Assembly: GCA_002633005.1 (NCBI GenBank)
Contig: NMRA01000933.1
Location: forward strand, 17,134 to 81,133
Origin: Phoronis australis
Lineage: Eukaryota > Animalia > Phoronida
Direction: 5' to 3'
DNA: 64,000 bases
The first letter of the stretch is position 1. The number at the start of each line of letters is the position of its first letter. This document shows positions 52,959 to 64,000 of the stretch, in pieces. Made by a program: the position numbers and the translations under genes. The notes under the pieces were generated by a model. That model was not told the DNA's origin and did no database searches. It worked only from the letters and a program-made list of their open reading frames with translations.

Positions 52959-53497
52959 TTCTAACAAGAATTACTTACGCACGTAATGTACAAGCGTAAC
53001 GTTCACCCATTTGGCCAACGATATATGCTTGTAAAAACGTTGCCCAGTTTTCACAGAGGAAATGAAATTTCCAACACATTGCTAAGATGTTGGAAAAATA
53101 TTGCAAGGATTTTGATTTTGTAGCAATTTGTTGTAAGTATGCTGCTGAATGTGTACAGAGGAAAACAAGTTTTGCAACATTCAGCCAATATCAGACTGAT
53201 CATTTGATCGACCGAGTGTTGCAAGCTTTGACAAAATGGCTTCTTTGGACAATTTTCAACTTGTTGTTAAGATGTTGCTAATTTTTTGCTAAGTGTACAC
53301 AGGCCATGCTGCTTAATTGTTGAGAAAGTTGTGAAAGTGACCCACGTTATTTGTGTACATATTTCCAAGACCTAGTAGGCGACACAAGAACATCATTTGG
53401 GCATCAAATTTTCTAATGAGACGTGTTTCGGGTACTCGTTTAACCTACAGTGTAAATTGCAATTAATCACGCAACTTCTTCTTTTGGATATAATGAT

Positions 53498-53639
53498 CAT
53501 GAGCGGCACACCATAGGGGGCTGGGAAGGCTTTAGCCCCCACTTTTTTCAGTGATACGCCGCCTATGGTCTATGGACAGTGCTCCACAGGGGGGCTAGGG
53601 GACTATAGCCCCACTTTTTTAGTGCTGTGCCGCCCATTG
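53498..53639 (+). mobile_element. Dimeric hAT-like micro-MITE, copy 2
   Basis: Same two-monomer layout as 49554-49704 (ggctttagcccc..acttttttcagtg). Confidence 0.7.
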
Positions 53640-54570
53640 TAATGGACGGTGTTAGACAAATAAGTGGAATAACTGAACTCTGTAAACCACTTAGAGCACA
53701 GACCGATCACAACTCGAAGGTTTTTTGATCGGAACATTTTTAATCCTAACACATTTACCTTTGGCAGATTGAAGTTACGAATTATGTTTTTTTATTGAAT
53801 AATAACCGCCAATTTCCCAATTGAACACGAATAAGTACAAAACAATTACATAATCTATTCTATGGTAGGAAAACGAATTTCTTTGGTAGAATTGACTTCT
53901 TGAAGTTATTTGCTATATCCAGAGCTATGAAACAGCAACATCTGTTGCGGTCTTGCAAATTTATTGTCAATCGCCGATTCGTAACAAAGGCTTCCAAACA
54001 AAGTTAATGCGGCTATACATTAAGCCTGTGTTCCGACAAAAAATTGACCTTTTGATTTAAACCACTTACATGTACCACCAAAAAATTGGTCTCATTTAAA
54101 TTGTCCCGTACCCTGTTGAAAAGTGATTTCTGGGCTGGCAAAGAAGTGTCAGATCGCTAATTCCTCGGGACCATGCTTGACGCATAAAATGACACGACCT
54201 GACAAGCCAGCTTGTACACCCTCGGATCTGGTTCATGAACAGTGACGTAAGACATAAGACAGAAATATGATCTCACACTCCCACTTCACAATTGTTGAAA
54301 GGACTTAGCCAACTAATTGTCATCGCATAGAGGTCTAGAAATAGTTTCTGGAAATTTTATCAGTAACTAACAGTTATATGTATATTCTCAAAGGCTTTTC
54401 ATTGTTTCTCAAGTGAAATTTAATTATTTTTTTTGGAAATATTTGTGTGGAGAGTAAGACCAAATTTCTTTCTTAAGTATTACTATAAGTACCTTTTTAT
54501 GAAACAGACCCCAGGTCTTAGTAATAAGGAACAACCATACTTCTTTTGGCAACCTTAGTTTGACCATAAA

Positions 54571-54967
54571 CTATAGTACATGAACCGCCAACTCCGTATA
54601 TTTTCAATGTACAGAATCTGTGATCTCATGCAGAAGCCTGACGTCATTATTCACTAGCGACACCTAGCAGAATTAGCAAGTTTTACTTCCGGCAAGTACG
54701 TCGTCTGCTAATCATGGTTGGCTGTTGTGTGGTCGGGTGCCAAAAGTACTCACGATACCAACAGCTCTACTATTGGAAGACTTTGAACAGCGTTTCAATG
54801 CCGAAATAATTTTTTTCGTTGTCCTGGACCGTAAAACAGGTACGAGAATTTCCCGTCATAATACACTAACCGGAAACTGGAATTGGTAATTAAGGAGAGT
54901 GGCGCCTCCTCTAGGATAGTGCACAAGAAAATGTCGGAGTTGCGAATCTGTTGTCTATAATCTATGG
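54571..54967 (-). repeat. Inverted, internally shorter copy of the 30830-31387 element
   Basis: Reverse-complement homology at both ends. Confidence 0.8.
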
Positions 54968-57900
54968 TTTGACTAAGGAACAACTTTTGTAGAGGTAAGA
55001 GGTCTTAATAAAAAAATGTCTTTATGTGATGAGAGGCGGGTTGAGCGCCGTGAAAACGGAAGACGATTGATTTATATTTGTTTATTAATTTTTTGTGTTT
55101 TCTGGTCTTATAATTAACGAATGTCTGTCTTTGTTTCATATATGTATACCTTTGTGTTTTGACTCGACTACATGATAAACTTTGTATAACATTCATTGAT
55201 GTTATAATAAATGCTTTTGCAAACAAAAACAAAACGGACGATGAGGGCAGTCTGTGTGTAGTTGGCGTGGTAAAAGTCAAGAGATAACCTCTTGAGAGTA
55301 TGTGAGAAAGAGAGAGGAGGAGCCAAAACACATTGAAGGACTGACCTCTCTAGAATAAGTTCAAGTCGAGAGCGGCAATGCCGCGCTTGATGAGTTCAAC
55401 ATTTTCAAAAATTCTTGCTTGGATAGACAGTTGGATGCTATGGGTTTGCATTCTTCTCTCGTCTTCCAGAAATAGGTTGACATTCATGCTTTATTTTGAT
55501 TGCTGGGGGAAAAAGACCGCTAATCTTATTCAACGTTTGTGAGGTATATATCGAAACGAATCACCATCTTTGATGCAGGTACTAATAAATATCGAACACC
55601 TCACAGATACCAACAAAAATCCAAAGCCCTGTGTCTTTGTATTCTCTAACAGTCCTCGGAAAATCTAAAATATTTTCAGTCAAATGCCAATGACCTTAAC
55701 CTAAACTGCACTGAACGCATGAGAATGGGATCGCAGGACGAAAGGCGCAATCGGCTCGCGCAGCGGCAGAAGGTGAACGTGAAGCCGCGACTTTTACAAG
55801 GTTTTATTAGATCGTTAGGGTGGAATGCTCTGTGGATTAGCGAAGGTGCATTTGAAAACGAACGGCAAACTTGTCTAAGGTTTTATTGAATCGCTAGGTT
55901 ACCTAATTATATACAGCGAGTTAGTGGTATTTACGATCGATAGCCAAAGTCCGGAAGCAACATTTCACTTTCCTCATCCTTTTTGTCCATTCAGGGAAGT
56001 ATAGATCACGTGGCGTTCTTTATTATGATCTTGTAAAATCGTCCTACCTTTGTCATTGTTTATTATGTCGATTCCTATAAACGAGTTCTGTTGAAAAAAA
56101 ATCAAAGTTTGTCAAAACTAGTAAATTTTTTTCTACTTTCAATTCCAAACAATTCAGAACCAACCAAAAAGATAAAAACATAGAATCAGCATCTTTGAGC
56201 TTATGAATTCAAAATTGTTTTTGAAAAGCTTATGTTTCTAGCCTTTGACTAATTATAGTTTGATTACCTCGCCGTGTCTCAAAAATATTTAAATGACCAG
56301 TCAAGAAAATTATTCAAAACCTGTGTTCTTTTAAAGAAACGCAAATTCGCCTTCCTAACGCGACAATCAGATAATCATAACTGATAATCTATAGTTTTTT
56401 TGGGAGGGGGGTTAAGTATTACAAGGGTACTATGTTGCTGAAGTCATGCCTGAATCACATTTACGTATTTTTCATGGAAAAGTTCCTAACACCTGTTGAA
56501 GTTTTGTCTGAGAAAAATTCGAGTCAGTTGTGTTCAACTTTTGTTCATGCTTCATTGTCGCCGGTTATATTCTATAAAATGAAACTCAGTGTTATTATTT
56601 TTATTAATGTCCGCAAGGACACAAACCTAACATAAACTGGCGAGTACTGCAATGAAACATCTATTAATGCTGGAAAGACTGATGACGTACACTCGCTGGC
56701 AAAACAGGAAAATCAAAACGTCAAAAACACACTCAACATAAGCGAATCCACTGGCGAGTAGAGTAAATAGTCTTGTCTATAACAAAGGGCGTACCTATCA
56801 TTTAGGCAAATATGCGCGTCCATTGTAGACAAAATGAAAAACATGAAAGATTTGTTTTTGTTGTAAGTTAATTTTTCAAATTTTTTCTGTGAATACTTAT
56901 CAAATCTTGAAGAGGCAATCCCTTTGAGAAACACGCGGTTGTCGTCTCAAGTGCTAACAGTTACACATTCACAACAAAAGTATTGATTTGGGCCAACGTG
57001 CAACAGACTGCTGTTTCAAGAACCTCAAAGAAAGACGACTGTCTTCGTGGATTTAAGAAATAAAACTCACGATGTAGAACTTATTAAGAAGTTTTATTTC
57101 TGCATTGGTGCTTTTATAATTTTCTCTTACTTTAATCACAATATAACCCACAAAGCCGGTTTCGGGGAGTTTTGAGCTTTTTTAAAATACGCTACTAAAG
57201 ACAACATTTCATATTATTTCGTAGCTAAACAGTGAACCACGATAATACAGTGAAACTGTCAAAACTTTCGCCAACTCCAATTTTGACATGGTTTGTGTGT
57301 CCTATGCAAAATGGCTAGCTACGTCCTTTATAACGGCTTTGGTCGCCGCAATTGAAGATATTGAAGACAAACCAGACGCAATTTTTTATCGACGTTTCGA
57401 TATATTATGCATTTATCATCATCAGGATAATATCAGTCACACCACAAATAACAGCCGAATATTCGCATTACAATGCAACGTACATCTCAAAAGTCAGTGA
57501 CAAGACTGTAAATCAGAATAGCCCAAGTCTTAATGATCCAATATTCCTATTCAAAGAGCTCTCATCATTAGGGACTCCGCTTGATATGTACAGACTCTCG
57601 GGTTAACGACATGACTTTATTTGGTTTCTAGCCAATATCTTCTCTTCAGAAATGCCAATCTCATGTCTAGTTATCAGTGAGCGAGTAAATAGAATACTGT
57701 TAGGGTATTTGCCATGCTCAGTGACCCTAGTTTGCAAAATCTCAGTTTTGCCAGCGATTGAACTCGGTGTGAGATTTCAAGCTATCGTCATATTCTAAAT
57801 AAACGTAGTGATGAACACACCGCGAAATAACGAACCAATCAACGTTACGCAATGGACCTTTCTTCATTATTTGTTAGAGCGGTGTCTCAAAGAGAAAATC

Positions 57901-58019
57901 AATTACATTTTTGTCAGAGAACAGGACAGATATTGATTAAAACGTCTTTTAAGACAAAACGACTTGCGATTTTGCTTTCTAGACATACATCCGACCAGTG
58001 ACATCGCATGAAAACGAAG

Positions 58020-58090
58020 CTTCACTACTCCACGGGTTCACTACTCCGAAGCTAGGTTCACTACTCCAATAGTTCATTACTCTGAATGTC
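58020..58090 (-). repeat. Degenerate GTTCACTACTCC tandem repeat
   Basis: 4 units; reverse complement of the 44520-44640 family. Confidence 0.65.
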
Positions 58091-61084
58091 TGCTAATAAG
58101 CCGAACTGATGTGTATAAATTACAGTATGTGTGTCTAGTAAAGACTATAATTTCGACCCGGCCGTGCGCGCGTTTCCGGTGCAGTGAGATAAAATTTTCT
58201 GTCCAGCTACGAAATCGTGCGATCGTGGCGTGCATTTGGCAAATGTATCATGGTCGTTAAATGTTCTTACTTCACATTCTTTTAAAAACGCAAGTATGCA
58301 TATAAGTACTAGTGTTTTTGACATGCTTTAAAGCCCAGTTTCGCATGCCTGTGCAGGAAACTCAAACAATGTGTATTGGTGGATTGTTTTCAGTAGGTAC
58401 ACCACTGCGTCTAGTAACTGAAGTATCGCTTCTTTTTGCATAAAAAATACACCCAAGACCGAAATGTAGTGAACCTTTGCAGTAATAAAACTTGGGAGTA
58501 TTGGGTTGTTCTCCGTGAAAACACTCAAGCGACGGACGTCTTGCACTATGATTTAAGGTTGTAAGGACACAATTGCAGAGCAGGATGTACTGTCGACAGG
58601 GCCGCAATTTGACACAACAGTGAAACGTGACAGCAGGTATTCATCGGCGCGGGAGACACATCCGGGTTGCAGTATACCATCCTGGTAATGTCTTCCTTGA
58701 AAGATAAATGCAGCAGGTTAAAACAGCTGCTATAACGGCTGCGGTTAAAGTACGCAGGCCTAACAGAAAAGTACTCCCTTTAAACTTAAGCTCTAACGAT
58801 GTCTGGGTTCCTTTGAAGGCATCGTAAATGTCGCAATAAATGTAAGACTGACGGATGAACGAACGATGTCGACGGAACTTCTTTGCAACATTAATGGTTA
58901 CGAAGAATCAAGAACAAAATGCCACTGAGTAGTGTTTTCACAGTACGACTAGTACACTTTTCGCCAACACCGTTGTTTGAGAGAAATATTTACAGTCTCT
59001 GGTTGCTGTAAAGCACCATATCTATTTTTTCAGAGTTAATGTGGTTGTGTACTTCAATTTCCGCCGTGTGATGATATTTATTTTTACACTTTTTCATACC
59101 CCCTCAGGCCTCCAGCGCGCAGTCGGCCACGTGCCGCCATTACTGAGTGGACATCAAAGTGGGAAGTAGAAAAGGGAAGTGATGAGTGGCGCAGTCTCTG
59201 CCCTAGTTGGGACGCCCTACCCTCTGACACAGTGCCACCTATACTGAAAAGTGGCCCTGTGGAAACATGATGAACGACACACGGAATTCCGTGTGTGGCT
59301 ATCAATGCGCATGCCTTGGTCGAAAGTATACCGATCGCATCGCCACTACTTGTACACGCCATTATGCACTGTACTAATTGGCTTAAGCCACTGGATTGGG
59401 GTTCCCTTGATTTTGTTTACTTCGATCACTGCCCCCGACCGATTTCTGTCCCGGTCGCGGGCAGAAATCTTTTGGGACTTATATTCATTAGGTAACGTAA
59501 TGTAACCAAAAAGATGGGGTGCTGACGGGGCAAAATGTTCGCAACATATTTCCACGGCTTGCTGAGAAAGATATATTTATAAACCACAGTGTTAACTTTG
59601 GGCATAAACGACGCTGACGACCTTCGGTCAAAAGAAAACAAAAAATGGTAAAAGAACGCAGCATTCAATGCGCAAATACGGGAAGACGTTACAGAAGGCA
59701 CTTATGCATCAAAATAAATAGAAGAAAGATACGTTAAGACTAAAAAAAACCTCTGTCAGCTATTCACGTGGATAAGTAGACAGAATTCCCATTTTCCCAT
59801 AAAATCACAAAAAATAAAAGGACACCAAACCCTGTTTTGGTGATTTCAGACAATCTTTGTTCTGTCACCTGCTAATGCACCATTGACATCAATCTTAAAA
59901 GAGCAAGCACGAATCGACTAACACATGGATTCCTATGTCACAGATTAGACATTAAGGTTCTTGGTGCGTGCTCTTTCCCCAGAGTTGCCTTGTAATTCTC
60001 TAAAAGCGTGGACCCTCTTGCTCGTTTAGCAGCGAGGCTTTAAAAAGAGTTTACAAAAACAAGTTCTCCAAACCTTTGAGGGTTGTCGAGGGTTACATGT
60101 ACAGAGCACTACTTTGCTTCAGGGAGTTGGATATCTGTTAACAGGCCAAAACCGGGTTTGGTATTCCTTTAATGCAAACTGCACCACAACATCAAGACGT
60201 GTGCCCCAAACAACAAGCACATGACATTTATCGGGATTACGACCGAAAAAATAAACCATATTTGTGGTAATTGATGGATGCGATATCTTCTCGCAGTTAT
60301 TTACCCTGAGCTAAAAAACAACAAAATCGAGTGTTTTTGCAATTTTTTACAAATTACTAATTTTCACCGTTGTCTGCCAAAGACGGCGAAATGATGAGCT
60401 CATCTCGGAAACTGATTTTTCTTCCCGATAATGAATGTCCCTTTAATACATGTATCTTCAGTTTTAGACCGAAGTAATAACCTTAAACTATTTCCGAGTG
60501 ACAAAAAATATACAGTCACGTCCAAACGTTTTGTTTCAAAATGAAACAATTGGAGTTTGTATACAGGATGTCCAAAAATGTTAACAAAATAATCTAAAAT
60601 ATGAGTGCCATGGTAAGGTTTAACTACGAACAAATAGTGTTTTCCTTTTCCCAGATGCGCAGAAGCTGAATAAAATTTCTCAGTTGACTTAATGCGAAAG
60701 CAAAAAATCGAATTTTGGAACCAAACGCAACAAGTGCAATGAGAAGAACTCCTTCAGTGAGTTACAGTCAACCTCCGTGAATACGTGATATGACGCGCAT
60801 CTATTTTTTATTCTATACTATCTCGTCTGTTGTGCGCGTGTAGCTGCTGACTAATGAATTGGGATGTTTTAGATTCAAAGCCTTTGTAGATTAACCAGTT
60901 AGGCCAAATTGTTTACAACCAGATAACACCTCACTTAAGGCTAAGTCTACATAATTATTGGCTCGCAGTGGCAATTGTTGGTGTCTAAATCCTTTGATGT
61001 GGGGCTTTGGAGGCAAACATCGGTTTTACGGCCGTTGAACGCTGTTTTACTGGGTCGTCAACCTTTTTGTTCGAACTCTACAGG

Positions 61085-61900
61085 TCACATGATATTTACA
61101 CAAAATGGATGCCTTGTAAATAGCACGAAGCCTACTCTTTTTGGTTGACATCGCTGTGGCGCCATTTTGCTAATTTTTTGTTGGCTGAACCATTGCTCTC
61201 TTATCTCCCAGGCCTTGGAATTTACCTCTTTTAAGAGGATTCCCTCTTTTTGGTTTGGATTTTTTCTGATTTGATTTCCAGTATCTTTTTTTCTTCTTTT
61301 TATTATTATTTTGATTTTATTTATGGTAAAAAAAATTCTTGCAGTTACAGTATACAACAAAAAAATTTAAAAATTCTATCACATAACCCTATTTATTTGT
61401 AGAATGATACATCAACTGGAAAATTTTTCTCTTTTTCATCATGGGTCATTCCAAACCCTGTTCCTTGTTTTCTGGAGGGATTTCATGCGTTTTTTTCTTT
61501 GGATAGATAAATTCAAAGGCTATCAGAAATGCGCCGTCCGTTTTCATCTACGACTTACTGTTCTAGAGTTATTCGAGATCATTCCTCGATTGCTCTTAAA
61601 GTAATTCAATTTTCGTGCCGTATCGCCAGAGTCTCTGGACGGATCTTTCTGAAATTTGACATGTGAATAGATCAATTGCTTTCCGCAGTATCTAATCCGT
61701 TACTGGCTCAGACCTTCCGTTTTCTAGTTATTCGAGATTTGCGACTTGGTCGTCGACTTTTTTGTTGGTATCCTAAAGGTCTCATTTTTTATCCGATCGG
61801 CATGAAATTTACGTACAATGTGTGCCTTGTAAATGTCACGAAGCCTATTTTGTTTGGTTGACATCGGAATAAGATAACACTGTGGTGGCCATTTTGTTAT
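61085..61900 (+). repeat. Helentron-like internal tandem repeat remnants
   Basis: tgccttgtaaat..cacgaagccta....ttggttgacatcg...gtggc.ccattttg at ~61110 and ~61823; repeated gaaattt motifs. Confidence 0.5.
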
Positions 61901-62851
61901 TCAAGATTTGTTCTCTTTTTACTGGGGGAAATGAAATTTCCGAAAAACGGAAGGATTCAGGCTATCGGTAGACGACTAGAAAACAGCGACATCTATCGCA
62001 AATGATACCACCTAAAATATCTACCGATAAGAAAGTATGCATCTGCTAAGCGGCAAATTGGGCTTTCATGTGTAAGCTATAGCGTGTGACACTTGCAAAA
62101 TAGCATGAGAAAATATCAAGTGAAATTTGTAAGATTTGTCTCCCTTGAACTTTTTTTCGTCAACAGGCTTGATTTCACGTAACTTCCTCATAATGGCGCC
62201 CCGTGAGAGAAACTCGAGCGAACCGCGAGGTCTTCATGGATATGTTCAAGTTATTTGTAGACTAAATTGTATCCAGAGTCAGAGTATGTATTAATTATAA
62301 CTCCATGTGCACATATGCATGTTTCATTTGATTTTATTTGCTGTATTTTGAAGTGAGTAACTTTTTATGGGGATACACTATCGCCTCTGTATGCCTGCGG
62401 CATTCATGACGAAAGTTCGCCTGGTCTCAGAATTTTCAGGCCCTTATCATAAACAATATCTAACTACAATAAACACCAGGCTAATTGCTGACAGACACAT
62501 CAGACCCATACTGAAAACCACAACTGACTGGATAGAACTACTTTCCAAGAGTTGCATTGAATAAACAATTTGAGGGATATGGCTCAAACTGACACACAGT
62601 TTATAGCAATGGCAAGCTTTCTGTGGTAACGTGAACAGCAGCTAGAAATTATATAGCTGAACCAGTGAGACAACTGAAGACCCGACATACCTATTTTAAC
62701 AATACACTCAGAATCTCAGTATTTTTATGCAGATGTTAATCAAAGCATTGTCCTACGTAAACGAAGAAACTTCAAAACCTACAGATAAAACCAGAACCCA
62801 GTAAGGTCCAAGAGATAACGATGAATTCAAGTACCACTTGTAGTTCTACTG

Positions 62852-63094
62852 CAGAGGCGGATCTACGGGGAGGAGGTTCATGGGATTCAACCCTCCCCCA
62901 GGGACACGATTAAAAATAAAAAAATAAAAAAACAGTTGCCAGGAAAACGAAATCAGATATTAAAAAACAAAAAAATCTTACACGGGTGGGGAGAAACACC
63001 CTCCCGACCATCCCTCCGTTCGGTGCTACGCGCCTCAAATTTGTGCAAATCCTACCCTGCCGCCCCCCTTACTAAAAACGTAGATCTGCCACTG
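62852..63094 (-). mobile_element. Short member of the 7359-9149 hAT-like family
   Basis: CAGAGGCGGATCTACG ... AAAACGTAGATCTGCCACTG; internal inverted homology to 7440-7490; no clean TSD. Confidence 0.75.
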
Positions 63095-64000
63095 CTCAGT
63101 ACCAACTAAGCTTATGTAAAATAATAAAAACAAATATTTTTCTTCATCACAACCTGATTATTCAAGAAAAACTGACAAACATCTAATGAGAGACAACAGA
63201 ATCAAAGTTGCTTGAACTGAACACATTGTCAAACTTTAACATCCAGCAGACCTGCTGAGAATAATTAAAACAACATGGATCCAGAAGAACAATAATCATT
63301 CATTCACTGATGACAGAAGTATAGTAGTGCAGAAACGAACATAACAAGGTGATTTAGAGTAGGAACCACATACAAACACTTATAAACTGGTGTATACACA
63401 GATATCAGTTTTAGGACAATCAATGGATGTTCAGCACGCCACATGAATATCGGAATTATAAATTTTCACTTGGTTTACTAAACAAGCACATTCATTCACT
63501 GAATTTTTTTGCAGTTACCTGTATAGGAATATTTTCAACCACACGAAGTTGACAACGATGTTATAAACAAAATGTCCATAGTATCTCACATATAAAAGAA
63601 ATGTGTTTGCCTTCGAGCAGTCAAATTCTGCGTATATTTACTTTAAGTCTGATTTGGGTCCCCACAGATGGTGACTGTAAGCTCCGATGTTCCTGTTTAG
63701 GTAACGCTCATCATTTTTTCATTCTGTTGAATTTTATCCGATATCACTCCTGCGAAGTAATACAGAAAGCAACTACCACTTTTTCTGTCACATGTGTTAA
63801 TGATCATCTTGTCTCTTGCAATGCTTTATGAATGAACCGAAGGTCAGCATGTTTACTACAGAAATAAACAAAACATGGTGTGAATACTGGAAGGGACTTG
63901 CTCGTATAAAACAAAACAAGTTAACAAAGACAATTACGATCTGAAATCTGTTAGCTAAATAGTACTATGCTACGTGCTACCTTAAAAGTAATTTTAAAAT

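Noticed and set aside
59108-59400. Multi-Sec selenoprotein exon (several in-frame TGA)
   Set aside because: The same frame also has TAG and TAA stops, and no SECIS was recognised
62195-62564. Possible promoter and first exons (AATGGCG, CTTCC motifs, later acceptor)
   Set aside because: No convincing donor site or protein similarity

Overview
AT-rich, intron-containing animal genomic DNA, probably from a marine invertebrate; the species cannot be determined from the sequence. There are two assembly gaps (8531-9107, 42693-43569). Two host genes are supported. The first is the 3' end of a guanylyl cyclase on + (exons 554-663, 852-944, 12399-~12651, 13033-13085), most like atypical soluble Gyc88E-type cyclases. 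The second is an intronless class A GPCR (50680-51783, +). Almost everything else recognisable is transposon-derived: a decayed multi-exon Kolobok THAP-DDE transposase inside the 11.4-kb cyclase intron, other THAP remnants, a decayed Hero-clade non-LTR retrotransposon, hAT and Academ-like transposase fragments, many MITEs (several with exact TSDs, including hAT-like elements with 5-bp TSDs), a dispersed element carrying a dimeric ~140-bp tandem repeat, and a ~3.4-kb tandem duplication that may be an assembly artefact. I found no clearly novel intact system. The best leads are the possible foldback-like structure at 41.5-48.4 kb, the 5-bp-TSD hAT-like family, the duplicated pseudo-exon bracketing the Hero element, and the atypical GPCR. 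All identifications are from motif recognition by eye; no searches were run.
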